This document shows, one piece after another, positions 17,375 to 26,708 of a stretch of DNA of 49,587 nt (position 1 is the stretch's first letter; each line of letters opens with the position of its first letter). The translations under genes and the position numbers were made by a program. The notes under the pieces were generated by a model. The model had not been told where the DNA came from. It saw only the letters and a program-made list of their open reading frames with translations, and searched no databases. This stretch comes from Pseudomonadota bacterium (GTDB lineage: Bacteria > Desulfobacterota > QYQD01 > JAZDGK01). The DNA lies in assembly GCA_043806955.1 (NCBI GenBank), contig JAZDGK010000278.1:1-49587 (forward strand). Reading direction: 5' to 3'.

Positions 17375-19660
17375 ATGGATACCGATTTTTATATCAAGGC
17401 GTACCAGACTCTTTCCAGGCTGATAAGAATCAGTAACGAAACAGTAGATGTAAAACGCCGGCTGGAATATACGGTGCTGCTTTTGTCCGATACGATGGAT
17501 GCCCATTTTTCGGCTTACTTCTCGGCGAAGCCGCGGGTCGAGTATCTTGTTCTTGAGGCTGCGAGCGATCACTCGCACAGGAAGAGAGTGTCAACGCGTC
17601 TGAAACTGGAAGAATCCGGCCTGAATCGGCTGGCTTACGAAAAGAAGCCTTTCATAGTCGATTCTCTTACTGAAAAGCAGCGGAGATATCTTGAAGATTT
17701 CATAGGAAAGCCGTGTCAGACTCTGCTGGCGGCTCCAGTGTGCCAGGACAATGCCGTTTTCGGTCTTCTGGTCCTGTGTGACAAGGCTCGGCGAGTATGG
17801 TCACAGGGAGAATCGGATCTTATTGCGGCCGTGAGCCGGGAAATCGCCGGCATAATGGGGAACGAAGAAATACTGCAGTCCTCAAAAAAGCGGATAGCCG
17901 AGCTTACAGCGTTGTTCGAGGTCGAAAAGGTCCTCGGAAAGACTCTCGATCTCCAGAACCTGCTTCAATCCATGTCCATGATCATCACCAAGGTGATGGA
18001 TGCAGGGGGGTGTGCCATTTCTATCACCGGCGAATCGGAACGAGAGACCGGAGCCGGGCAGCTTGTGACCTACGGTGAATTTCCGGAGGCTGATTACAAA
18101 CGAGTGATGGACTACTCATCAAGCGGAAAAGTAGAGTTTTTCTGCGACATGGCGACGAGAACAACCGCGGATGCCGGTATCTGCCCGCAAATTGTCTCTC
18201 AGAAGGACGGCCCTGCCACGATGATAGCACCCTTGACTATTCAGGGAAAAGTTACGGGCAGTTTGTGCGTGCACGAAAAGAACGGAAAGGTCTTTCCGAA
18301 AAGTCATGGATTTACAACGGATGATGTCCGTCTTTTATCGACGATGGGCAGTATGATTTCCAAGAGTCTGGAAAGCGTCCTGGTCCATGCCGATATGGAA
18401 GCATTAGCCAGAGAAAATGAAGCCATGGTGCGCGAACTGTCGACCATCTATCAGATAAGCGGTGAGCTGATGAAGACAGTCTCCGTCGATGAAATAGGCA
18501 ATACTGTTATCAGTGCTATTACGAGTGACGAGGGATTAGGATTTGACAGGGCCGTTATTCTTATGATCAATGAGAAAGAGAAGGCGTTGAAGGAGGCATG
18601 GCGTAAAGAAAAGGGGAGGGATACAACCTCCTCGGGCTTTGTTCTCCCTTTGAATAACAGAAATGAGACGTTAAGAGGCGCAGATGAAGGAGATACTCTG
18701 ATTGTAGAGGACCTGGTCTCGGATCCGGAAATTAAAAGTATATGGCCGGTCATGCCGGACGGTGCGGTCTCGTCCGCGGTCGTACCGCTTCTCGGCAAGG
18801 ACGGCATGATCGGGGTCATTATAGCCGATCAGGTGTTAGTTGAGCATGCGCAACCGAAGGAAAGCGCTCGTGTTTTGAAGATGCTGGCAAACCATGCCGG
18901 GCTGGCACTGGAGAATGCGAGGCTTTACTCCTTTCTCGATACAACAAATAAAGAACTGGTCGAGGCTAGAGGCCTCCTGACGGAAGCCGAAAAACTGGCA
19001 GCCATGGGGGAAATGGCCTCCACATTGGCGCACGAAATCAGAAATCCTCTTGTTTCCATAGGGGGGTTGGCAAGACGGGCGATAAAAGTGGCCTCGGGGA
19101 AGACCGAAAAACGTTACCTTGAGGTCATAGTTGATGAGGTCGGGCGTCTCGAGAAGACCTTAAAGGAGTTACTTGATTTTGTTCAGGAGCCGGAAGAAAC
19201 ATATACAAAAAGAGATCTGAACAATATCATCAAGGAATGCCTGCAATTGATGCAAAGGGAATTCAAGGATGGACACATTGCGGTAAATACAGAGTTGAAT
19301 TCGGTCACCCCGATCCTGTGTGATGCGAGGCAGATAAAGCATACTCTTTTCAACATCCTGCTCAATGCCAGGCAGGCCATGCCGGCGGGGGGCAGTGTGC
19401 AGGTAAGTAGTTCCGAGCATGAAGAAGGCGGCAAGAGATATGGTGTCTGTACAATAAGAGACTCCGGGAGAGGTATTCCCGAGTCCGTTCTTCATAATAT
19501 TTTTAATCCCTTCTTCACGACGAAGAAGGGAGGTTTCGGACTGGGTTTGGCCGTCTCCTACCGTATTGTCTCCAGGCACAATGGAAAAATAGATGTCGAC
19601 AATCATCCGGGCCGAGGTGTGGCCTTTAGCATAAAATTGCCTATAGATTCCAATAATTGA
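17375..19660 (+). CDS. Multi-GAF sensor histidine kinase
   Basis: 761-aa ORF with several GAF-like regions, H-box LAHEIRNPL, and HATPase boxes NILLNARQAM, DSGRGI and GFGLGLAVS. Confidence 0.88.
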   Translation: MDTDFYIKAYQTLSRLIRISNETVDVKRRLEYTVLLLSDTMDAHFSAYFSAKPRVEYLVLEAASDHSHRKRVSTRLKLEESGLNRLAYEKKPFIVDSLTEKQRRYLEDFIGKPCQTLLAAPVCQDNAVFGLLVLCDKARRVWSQGESDLIAAVSREIAGIMGNEEILQSSKKRIAELTALFEVEKVLGKTLDLQNLLQSMSMIITKVMDAGGCAISITGESERETGAGQLVTYGEFPEADYKRVMDYSSSGKVEFFCDMATRTTADAGICPQIVSQKDGPATMIAPLTIQGKVTGSLCVHEKNGKVFPKSHGFTTDDVRLLSTMGSMISKSLESVLVHADMEALARENEAMVRELSTIYQISGELMKTVSVDEIGNTVISAITSDEGLGFDRAVILMINEKEKALKEAWRKEKGRDTTSSGFVLPLNNRNETLRGADEGDTLIVEDLVSDPEIKSIWPVMPDGAVSSAVVPLLGKDGMIGVIIADQVLVEHAQPKESARVLKMLANHAGLALENARLYSFLDTTNKELVEARGLLTEAEKLAAMGEMASTLAHEIRNPLVSIGGLARRAIKVASGKTEKRYLEVIVDEVGRLEKTLKELLDFVQEPEETYTKRDLNNIIKECLQLMQREFKDGHIAVNTELNSVTPILCDARQIKHTLFNILLNARQAMPAGGSVQVSSSEHEEGGKRYGVCTIRDSGRGIPESVLHNIFNPFFTTKKGGFGLGLAVSYRIVSRHNGKIDVDNHPGRGVAFSIKLPIDSNN

Positions 19661-19662
19661 TG

Positions 19663-19844
19663 AAATTGGGTATTTACTTGACTCTGGTGAATCGTGCTCG
19701 TGCTCGGCGAAGCGGTGCGCGTAATCGTAATCGCGAAGGAGTTGGTCTTTATGCTGAAGCGCGATTTGGATGCACAAAGAGTCGATTACGATTACGAGCA
19801 CGAGCACGAAAAAGCGCTACCGGAGTGATGTAAATACCCAGTTT
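19663..19844. repeat. 182-bp long-palindrome element K
   Basis: AAATTGGGTATTTAC...CGTGCTCGTGCTCG...CGTAATCGTAATCG is mirrored by CGATTACGATTACGAGCACGAGCACG...GTAAATACCCAGTTT. Starts 3 nt after the kinase stop. Confidence 0.8.
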
Positions 19845-19979
19845 GATGAATTCGCAAAAAAAGTCGTCACTCCGGTGAAAACCGGAGTCCAGATCCTCAG
19901 TAACCAGTTGAATAGACTGGATTCCGGCTTCCGCCGGAATGACAAAAGGTGGTACTTTCTGACCTCTTGCGAATTCATC
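19845..19979 (-). mobile_element. MITE family 1 copy (about 133 bp, TIR GATGARYTCGTAAAAAGTCG)
   Basis: Internal hairpins GTCACTCCGGTGAAAACCGGAGT and CATTCCGGCGGAAGCCGGAATC. This copy abuts another element and has no clear target-site duplication. Confidence 0.8.
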
Positions 19980-20053
19980 ATTTTTGGTCATTCGAATTTG
20001 TTTCGGATTTAGAATTTCGGATTTCCGGCTTGTCCGGGTTAGGAGGTTAGTGG

Positions 20054-20404
20054 ATGAAAAAGATCTTGATCGTGGATGACGAGGAAAGCATCCATCTACT
20101 CTATCGAGAGGAACTGGAGGAAGAAGGTTATCAGGTGCTTTCGGCAATGGATGGCGAGGAAGCCCTGAGAATATTTGAAACTACTCCGGTGGACCTTGTT
20201 GTTCTCGACATAAACATGCCGGGTATGAAGGGCATCGATGTATTAAGACAGATTAAGGCCAAGAAACCGACGCTTCCCGTCATACTGAGTTCGGCCTACA
20301 GCGAGTATAAGCACGACATTGGGTCTTGGGCATCGGACGATTATATTGTTAAGTCCTCAAATCTCGATGAACTCAAGACCTCAATAAAGAGCCACCTGCA
20401 GTAG
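20054..20404 (+). CDS. Single-domain response regulator (CheY-like receiver)
   Basis: 116-aa ORF with ILIVDDEESI and VVLDINMPGMKG (phospho-acceptor Asp). There is no output domain. Confidence 0.9.
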   Translation: MKKILIVDDEESIHLLYREELEEEGYQVLSAMDGEEALRIFETTPVDLVVLDINMPGMKGIDVLRQIKAKKPTLPVILSSAYSEYKHDIGSWASDDYIVKSSNLDELKTSIKSHLQ

Positions 20405-20468
20405 GACTTGTCGGCAGACTGATATGTGATGAGTTATCCTCTGCACCTTGCAGGCATGATTTGCAATG

Positions 20469-20693
20469 TCTCAGAGGGTGTCTAAGAACTCTCAATTTTG
20501 TTCAAGGTCAAGGAAGGCGAGGATTCTAACCCTTGAAGGCTTGAAGGCTGGGATGCTGGGAGGCGAGAAGGCTGAGAGGCAATCCCAGCGGGTCAGCTTC
20601 CCAGCCTCCTGGCTTCCTGGCCTTCCGAGGATTAGAATCCGAGCTTGACGCAGAGATTGGACAAAAGGGAGAGTTTTAAGACGCCCTCTCAGA
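20469..20693 (-). repeat. Family B element (about 210-225 bp, TIR AGAGGGTGTCTAARAACTCTC)
   Basis: Full copy between the response regulator and gspE. It is the source of the spurious SRKARILTLEGLKAG ORFs. Confidence 0.85.
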
Positions 20694-20821
20694 TCTTCAA
20701 GCTCGTATTGGGCGCTGTTTGCCGGCTGGGCCCTGATTACGCGACAGTCTTTTCGGAAAACCAGTTAAGTCTAAGGTAACCGTCGACCGATTTGGTTCGG
20801 ATTGTCCGGTTGACTCGCGGA

Positions 20822-22519
20822 ATGGGAAATTCAATGTATCCTGAAAGAAAATTCATAACGGAAATGCTGGTCGATGCGGGAAGAATCACAAGGGAAGATG
20901 TGAACAGAATCATAGAGATCCCCGACAGAACGAGGCTGGTCGAAAGGCTGGTGTCTGCCGGGATCATCTCGGAAGATGTCCTGCACAAGTTTATTGAAAC
21001 AGAACTGGGCATTCCTTCCATTTCTCTAAAGGAAGACCGCGAGCTGATACCAATAAACGGGCTGACGGTCAGATTCATGAAGGATGCCAAGTGCATACCT
21101 TTGAAGCTGGAGGGCGAGGTCCTGCACCTTGGTGTGGCCGATCCATTCGATACGTATACGCTCGATGCCGTGAAAATGGCTACCGGTTTTGAGGTTTCAC
21201 CCTGCATGGTAAAAGAGGAGGAGATCCTGAACGCGATCGACCATCTTTATGGGACAGGGTCCTCCATGCAAGGAATAATCGGTGATATAGAAGACCGTGG
21301 GGAAACTGCCGGCGATCTGGACCAGGATATAGATTCGTTACGAGATATGGCATCCGAGGCCCCGGTAATCAGGTTGGTAAACCTGATACTAACAAAGGCG
21401 ATCGAGGCACGGGCCAGTGATATACATCTGGAGCCCTTTGAAAAGGACTTCAAAGTCAGATACAGGATAGACGGCGTATTGCACGATGTAGAAGCGCCGC
21501 CCATGAGCCTGAATGCGGCGCTTACGTCCAGAGTAAAAATAATGGCACAGCTCGACATTGCGGAAAGGCGGCTCCCTCAGGACGGAAGGATCCGGATAAG
21601 GCCCTCTGGAAAAGACATCGACATACGGGTATCCACCATTCCTACGGTATTTGGAGAGAGCGTGGTCATGAGGCTTCTCGACCGGAGCAACGTTGTTCTG
21701 AGCCTTGAGACCCTGGGCTTCCCCGGCGAGACTCTGGACGTCTTTAACCAGTTTATAACAAAACCCTACGGGATGATTCTGGTTACCGGCCCGACAGGAA
21801 GCGGCAAAACCACCACGCTTTATGCCGTTCTGCAGAGGATCCATTCGAGTGAGAAGAAGATCATTACTGTTGAGGACCCGGTTGAATACCAGTTAAGCGG
21901 GGTAAACCAGATCCAGGTGAAGCCCCACATAGGTCTGACTTTTGCCAACTGCCTGCGTTCCGTAGTCAGACAGGACCCGGACGTGATCTTCATAGGAGAG
22001 ATAAGGGACCGGGGAACTGCGGAGATTGCAATTCACTCCGCACTGACCGGGCATCTTGTCTTCAGCACCCTGCATACGAATGATACGGCCGGGGCCATCA
22101 CCCGTCTCCTGGAGATGGGCGTGGAGGATTATCTGCTTTCTTCGTCGCTCATGGGAATACTTGCTCAAAGGCTCGTGCGGGTTATATGTCCGCACTGCAG
22201 GGAATCCTACCGCCTGTCGAAAGATGATCCAATCTCAAAGGAGATCGGCATGGCCAGCGATGAGGCTCTCGTTCTGTATAGAGGAGCGGGCTGCGTGAAG
22301 TGCTCTTCTACCGGCTATTTCGGCAGGACAGGAATTTACGAGCTCCTCATTGTGGACGAGGATCTCCGGAACCTGATTCTAAACAGGTCTGATGCGGCAA
22401 CGATGAAAAAGGCGGCGATGGCCAAAGGAACGAAAACCCTGAGGGAAAGCGGTTGGGAAAAGGTCAGGGATGGAATAACGAACGTTGCTGAAGTGTTGCG
22501 TGTGACCATGGAGGAATAG
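20822..22519 (+). CDS. gspE: Type II secretion system ATPase GspE
   Basis: ORF track gives 20792..22519; ATG 20822 or 20834 is preferred. Contains a T2SSE_N-type N-terminal domain, Walker A GPTGSGKTTT, Asp/His boxes, and the tetracysteine CPHC...CVKC typical of GspE. Confidence 0.92.
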   Translation: MGNSMYPERKFITEMLVDAGRITREDVNRIIEIPDRTRLVERLVSAGIISEDVLHKFIETELGIPSISLKEDRELIPINGLTVRFMKDAKCIPLKLEGEVLHLGVADPFDTYTLDAVKMATGFEVSPCMVKEEEILNAIDHLYGTGSSMQGIIGDIEDRGETAGDLDQDIDSLRDMASEAPVIRLVNLILTKAIEARASDIHLEPFEKDFKVRYRIDGVLHDVEAPPMSLNAALTSRVKIMAQLDIAERRLPQDGRIRIRPSGKDIDIRVSTIPTVFGESVVMRLLDRSNVVLSLETLGFPGETLDVFNQFITKPYGMILVTGPTGSGKTTTLYAVLQRIHSSEKKIITVEDPVEYQLSGVNQIQVKPHIGLTFANCLRSVVRQDPDVIFIGEIRDRGTAEIAIHSALTGHLVFSTLHTNDTAGAITRLLEMGVEDYLLSSSLMGILAQRLVRVICPHCRESYRLSKDDPISKEIGMASDEALVLYRGAGCVKCSSTGYFGRTGIYELLIVDEDLRNLILNRSDAATMKKAAMAKGTKTLRESGWEKVRDGITNVAEVLRVTMEE

Positions 22520-23736
22520 TGCCGCTTTTTTCTTACAAGGCGACAGACACTCTTGGGCGGACAGTGGAAGGGACCATGGAGGCTCACGGTGAGAGAGCCG
22601 TTGTCGACCGGCTCCATTCCCTTGGGTACATTCCGATAAGGATAGCCCAGCCCGGTGAAGATGTTTCTTTTTCCAGACAACTGAAATTCGGCCGATTCCG
22701 GGGAGTTTCCGCAGGCGATGTCTTAAATTTTACGCAACAGTTGTGCACGCTGTTAAAGGCCGGCCTGCCGATGGACAGGAGCCTCGGTATTTTGTCCGAA
22801 TTAGCGGAACAACAGGCACTTAAAGAGATAGTTGAGGAAATACTAAAAGACGTTCAGGGTGGATCGACATTGGCCAATGCCTTGGCGAAACATCCGAAGA
22901 CCTTTTCCAAGCTGCATGTGAATATGGTGCGGGCCGGAGAGGCGGGTGGATTCCTTCCGAAGGCTTTAGAACAGATACTCGGGTACCTCGAAAGCGCTCA
23001 AGAGCTTAGGAACTATATAAGCTCGGCCATGATGTATCCGGTAATACTCAGTGCGGTCGGCGGGCTATCCATAATAATTCTTTTGACCTTTGTGATACCG
23101 AGATTCGCCCAGATTTTTTCGCAGACAGGAGGCGAATTGCCTCTGGCCACTCAATTTCTGCTCGATGTAAGCCATCTCATGAAAGGTTACTGGTGGCTTC
23201 TCCTGCTCTCGGTAGCCGGCGTGTTCTGGGCTTTCAAGGCATACACCGGGGTTGAAGAAGGCAGGTTCAAATGGGACAACTGGAAGCTGAAGTGGTTCCT
23301 TCTGGGAAATCTCATCCGGAAAGTAGAGGTAAGCAGATTCTGCCGTACCCTGGGCACCCTGATAAGAAGCGGCATCCCGATTCTTTCCGCCATCAGCATA
23401 GCCCGTGAGACGTTGGGAAATCTGGTGATGAACCGTTCGATGGAGGACGTGTACAGAGAGATCAAGGAGGGTGGAAAGATGGCCGACGTCCTGAGGAAGG
23501 CAAACCTCTTCCCTGCCCTGGCTGTTCACATGATCAGAGTAGGTGAAGAATCCGGACAACTGGACGGTATGCTGTTAAATATCGCGAGCAGCTTTGAAAA
23601 CGAAGTACGGACCGATGTAAAACGATTGGTCAATCTCCTGGAGCCGGCCATGATACTCTTTATGGCCGTGGTAGTGGGATTTGTGGTAATTTCTATGCTG
23701 CTCGCCATATTCAGCATAAACGAATTGCCGCTGTAG
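22519..23736 (+). CDS. gspF: Type II secretion system inner-membrane platform protein GspF
   Basis: 405 aa, begins MPLFSYKATD. Contains two T2SSF repeats and three TM segments. The start overlaps the gspE stop. Confidence 0.92.
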   Translation: MPLFSYKATDTLGRTVEGTMEAHGERAVVDRLHSLGYIPIRIAQPGEDVSFSRQLKFGRFRGVSAGDVLNFTQQLCTLLKAGLPMDRSLGILSELAEQQALKEIVEEILKDVQGGSTLANALAKHPKTFSKLHVNMVRAGEAGGFLPKALEQILGYLESAQELRNYISSAMMYPVILSAVGGLSIIILLTFVIPRFAQIFSQTGGELPLATQFLLDVSHLMKGYWWLLLLSVAGVFWAFKAYTGVEEGRFKWDNWKLKWFLLGNLIRKVEVSRFCRTLGTLIRSGIPILSAISIARETLGNLVMNRSMEDVYREIKEGGKMADVLRKANLFPALAVHMIRVGEESGQLDGMLLNIASSFENEVRTDVKRLVNLLEPAMILFMAVVVGFVVISMLLAIFSINELPL

Positions 23737-23763
23737 GGAAGCGTGGAGCAGAGGGCATAGTGG

Positions 23764-23931
23764 TAACCGTTCACCGTTATCCGTTGACCGTTGTCCGTAA
23801 GGACCTGAAAAGCGGCATCTTCGTAAATGCGCCGCAGGCGGATCGTGCTTTCCTTTGTTTGGCCGCCACTGTCCGTAACAACCGAGACAAACGTCTTTTT
23901 CGGTGAACGGCTAGCGGTCAACGGTGAACGT
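23764..23931. repeat. Heptamer-armed hairpin element between gspF and gspG
   Basis: Forward arm at 23764-23797 (CCGTTCA/CCGTTAT/CCGTTGA/CCGTTGT units). Inverted arm at 23900-23931 (CGGTGAACGGCTAGCGGTCAACGGTGAACG). Confidence 0.85.
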
Positions 23932-23974
23932 TTACTCATAGTGCATAGCGATTTCGTGATGGGAGTGAGGAGAG

Positions 23975-24412
23975 ATGAAAAAGAGGCGCTTTTTGAAGGA
24001 AAGAGGGTTTTCGCTGATCGAATTACTCGTTGTAATGATCATACTCGGTCTGCTTGCTGCTTTCGTTGGCCCAAGGATGTTTGGAAAAGTAGATAAGGCA
24101 AGGCAGCAGGCGGCACAGAGTCAGATAGAAGGCTTTGGGGCGGCATTGAAGCTGTTCCGTTTGGATGTGGGGAGGTATCCCACTACTGAAGAGGGTTTGG
24201 AGGCACTGCGCACCGACGTCGGGAATATCCCTCGCTGGAACGGGTCATATACGGAGAAGGACATTCCGGAGGATCCCTGGAATCATGCCTACGTGTACAA
24301 GTGCCCCGGGGAACACGGCGAATACGATTTGATGAGCTACGGCGCCGACAATGCTGACGGCGGCGAAGGAAACGACACGGACATAGTAAGCTGGAAGGCA
24401 CTGAAGCAATAG
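23975..24412 (+). CDS. gspG: Major pseudopilin GspG
   Basis: Prepilin signal KERG/FSLIELLVVM. Conserved GspG body: RQQAAQSQIEGFG..L..F..D.GRYPT...GL.AL, DPWN..Y.Y..PGEHGEYDL.SYGADN. Confidence 0.93.
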   Translation: MKKRRFLKERGFSLIELLVVMIILGLLAAFVGPRMFGKVDKARQQAAQSQIEGFGAALKLFRLDVGRYPTTEEGLEALRTDVGNIPRWNGSYTEKDIPEDPWNHAYVYKCPGEHGEYDLMSYGADNADGGEGNDTDIVSWKALKQ

Positions 24413-24442
24413 CCCGGGGCATAGGAGCCTGTCGGACTTGGG

Positions 24443-24748
24443 AGTTTCAATCATACCATTTTCGGATCAATGTCCAATGCTCAATTACCAAGTTCCAATC
24501 AGGAGCAAACACCTTGGACATTGAACATTGAGTGTTGGTAACAGTTTAGCCTTTTGAAAAACTGGCTAAACTTGAACTCAAAGTGCAAATTTCAAAATTT
24601 AAAGGATTTGTTTCGAGATCTTGTATTTTTCATTCTGCATGGAGATTTAGCGCGTTTTTGCAAAGCGCTAAATTGTTGCGAGTATTGGACATTCGATATT
24701 GGAAATTGGCCTATGCGAGGATATCAGCATTTTCCACGTCCCTGAGAG
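24443..24748 (-). repeat. Family F element carrying a nested ~140-bp element (24539-24679, TIR GTAACAGTTTAGC / GCTAAATTGTTGC)
   Basis: Fills the gspG-gspH intergenic gap. The nested insert is absent from the copy at 29-176. Confidence 0.7.
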
Positions 24749-24751
24749 CTC

Positions 24752-25216
24752 ATGCATAACATGCTCAATTCAAAAAAAGGGTTTTCCCTGCTGGAGCTCC
24801 TGGTCGTTCTCGTCATAATCGGGCTTGCCGCCATGGTGACTTTTCCGGCGCTGGCAAAGGGTCTGAGCACTGTCAGACTGAAGGCTTCAGTCAGAGAGGT
24901 AGCGGCCGTTCTCAGGGAGGCACGCAGTCTTGCGGTCTCGAAATGCGAGCACCAGGTGCTGAACATTGATATGGACGAGGGAAAATTCTGGCTCAATGAC
25001 GATGAATCTCACGTTCACGAATTGCCTCCTGACGTGCGGTTTTTGAGCGTGCAGGTCCAGGGATCCGAATTCAAGGAAGGAAAGCCGGCAATAACTTTCT
25101 ATCCAATCGGGAACTCGAGCGGCGGAACTATTACCGTTGGCGGAGACCAGAAGGTCAAGGGAAGGATTGAAGCCGGACTGGTCACCGGCATAGTTGAGGT
25201 TTCCTTTGAAGACTAA
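24752..25216 (+). CDS. gspH: Minor pseudopilin GspH-like
   Basis: Prepilin signal KKG/FSLLELLVVL and the GspH/FimT-like pattern (ITFYPIGNSSGGTITV). Confidence 0.8.
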   Translation: MHNMLNSKKGFSLLELLVVLVIIGLAAMVTFPALAKGLSTVRLKASVREVAAVLREARSLAVSKCEHQVLNIDMDEGKFWLNDDESHVHELPPDVRFLSVQVQGSEFKEGKPAITFYPIGNSSGGTITVGGDQKVKGRIEAGLVTGIVEVSFED

Positions 25217-25829
25217 GTACAGTTCCACAGAACAAGGTATCCATTTTGTTGTACTCGGGAGACGGGTATGCCTTCTTTCGGCCCTTCGGATAGGCGGTCC
25301 TTTCCAGGGCCGCCCGGCGACCGAGGCGTCCATTGTGGGCGGGGTTAGAAAACCCCGCCTATCCGCGTCTCGTGGAACCCATTTTGGACACCCATTTGCG
25401 TGGAGCTGTACTAGGAATCCGGAACGGGGTTTTACCCTTTTGGAAGTTCTGGTCTCGGTAGCTATTCTGGGGATTGCGCTGACCTTTTTGATACAACTTT
25501 TTTCAGGCGGGCTGACGTGTGCCGATAGATCAGGTGAATATACACAAGCAATACTTTACGCCCGTGAAAAAATGGGCGAGCTTACTGCAAAAAATGACCT
25601 CTCCGAAGGGGAGGACGAGGGCGAGTTTGACAGCAGGTACAAGTGGCGGGCTCAGGTTTTGCGCTCTAAGCTGATGGACGAAGAGGACTATAAGGACCTG
25701 CCGGTGGATGCTTACGAAATAGATCTCAGGGTATTGTGGTCCAGCGGCGACAAAGAGCGCCAAATAGGGCTCGAAGGCTTTAGAGTGATACCCAAGTCGG
25801 TTTCGGCGGCCCTGACAGGCACGGAATAA
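25194..25829 (+). CDS. gspI: Minor pseudopilin GspI-like with abnormally long, repeat-encoded leader
   Basis: The pseudopilin body starts at RG/FTLLEVLVSVAILG (G at codon 79). In-frame starts are only TTG 25194 and GTG 25335. Codons ~9-73 are encoded by the inverted-repeat element 25217-25411. Confidence 0.7.
   Translation: MRFPLKTKYSSTEQGIHFVVLGRRVCLLSALRIGGPFQGRPATEASIVGGVRKPRLSASRGTHFGHPFAWSCTRNPERGFTLLEVLVSVAILGIALTFLIQLFSGGLTCADRSGEYTQAILYAREKMGELTAKNDLSEGEDEGEFDSRYKWRAQVLRSKLMDEEDYKDLPVDAYEIDLRVLWSSGDKERQIGLEGFRVIPKSVSAALTGTE
25217..25411. repeat. Element bounded by GTACAGTTCCAC / GTGGAGCTGTAC, inside the gspI leader
   Basis: 195 bp. Its termini match those of 6537-6780. Internal hairpins include GGCGGTCCTTTCCAGGGCCGCC and GGGCGGGGTTAGAAAACCCCGCC. 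Confidence 0.75.
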
Positions 25830-25837
25830 TCATAGGT

Positions 25838-25859
25838 GTTCACCGTTGACCGTTCACCG
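25838..25859 (+). repeat. Heptamer array, solo arm between gspI and gspJ
   Basis: GTTCACCGTTGACCGTTCACCG, ending 6 nt before the gspJ ATG. Confidence 0.8.
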
Positions 25860-25865
25860 AAAAAG

Positions 25866-26498
25866 ATGCGAAATAGTCGCGGGTTTACACTGCTCGAAGT
25901 CCTGGTTGCCTTGACCATTTTTGGGATCGTAGTTGTCATTATCTTTGGTTCCTTAAATCTGGCGGTCAGGGCGTGGGAGCGAGGTGAAAGCGCCGCGGAG
26001 CGGAACCAGGAGACGAGGATTGTCGCGGACCTTATAGAGCAGCAGGTGAGATCGACGTACCCGTACTATTTTAGAGAAGGAAACGAAGAGACGCCGGCTT
26101 TCAGGGGAGAGCGTCAATCCGTCAGATTCATCTCCACAGTAGGGCTCACTTCCGGGGATGTTGTGGGCCTCGCCTTTGTCTCCTATTTCGTCCAGCCCGG
26201 AAAAGGGCTTATGCTTTGCGAAAAGCGTGTCTTCTCAAAAAAGGTGTTCGAGGAAACGTCGAGTCTAAGAGAAGAGAGCGTTCTCTTGAGCTCGTCCGCC
26301 TCGGAGGTCTCTTTCGAGTACGAGACTGAAGACGGGGAGTGGAAGGAATCCTGGGACATTAAAGAGATGCTGGTCTTCCCCCGATCAATAAGAATAACCC
26401 TGGAATTCTCAAAGGACGAGTCGGGCGAAAAAGAGACGGCTAGACTTAGTATTCCGCTCGTGGCAAAGGGGTTCCGGCAACACGGCTTGCCGGGGTGA
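25866..26498 (+). CDS. gspJ: Minor pseudopilin GspJ-like
   Basis: ORF track gives 25836..26498. ATG 25866 gives MRNSRG/FTLLEVLVALTIFG. The upstream codons of the longer ORF are heptamer-repeat DNA. Confidence 0.8.
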   Translation: MRNSRGFTLLEVLVALTIFGIVVVIIFGSLNLAVRAWERGESAAERNQETRIVADLIEQQVRSTYPYYFREGNEETPAFRGERQSVRFISTVGLTSGDVVGLAFVSYFVQPGKGLMLCEKRVFSKKVFEETSSLREESVLLSSSASEVSFEYETEDGEWKESWDIKEMLVFPRSIRITLEFSKDESGEKETARLSIPLVAKGFRQHGLPG

Positions 26499-26509
26499 TG
26501 CCGGCGTAA

Positions 26510-26704
26510 GCGTTCACCGTTCACCGTTGACCGAAAAAGACGTTGGTCGTGCTTTTCACGTACAACGGTGGTCGAATAACAGAAAATGCGTTCACCGTTT
26601 ATGGAGGAAGATCTCCACGTTTTTTGGGGACGACCGTGAATGGACAACGGAAAAAACGCTCTTCAGGTTCTTACGGACGCCGGTGAACGGATAACGGTGA
26701 ACGG
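26510..26704. repeat. Heptamer-armed hairpin element between gspJ and gspK
   Basis: Forward arm at 26510-26532 and inverted arm at 26680-26704. An extra partial arm lies at 26589-26603. The element ends 4 nt before the gspK ATG. Confidence 0.85.
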
Positions 26705-26708
26705 ATAC

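Noticed and set aside
24536-24551. A sigma54-type -24/-12 promoter: TGGTAACAGTTTAGCC has GG and GC at the correct spacing upstream of gspH. A similar TGGTAACAATTTAGCA lies at 40613.
   Set aside because: The motif is simply the terminal inverted repeat of a repeat family. The third copy (43039) lacks the GG. The distances to the nearest start codons are about 200 and 600 nt. No enhancer-binding protein is encoded nearby. I keep it only as a remote possibility.
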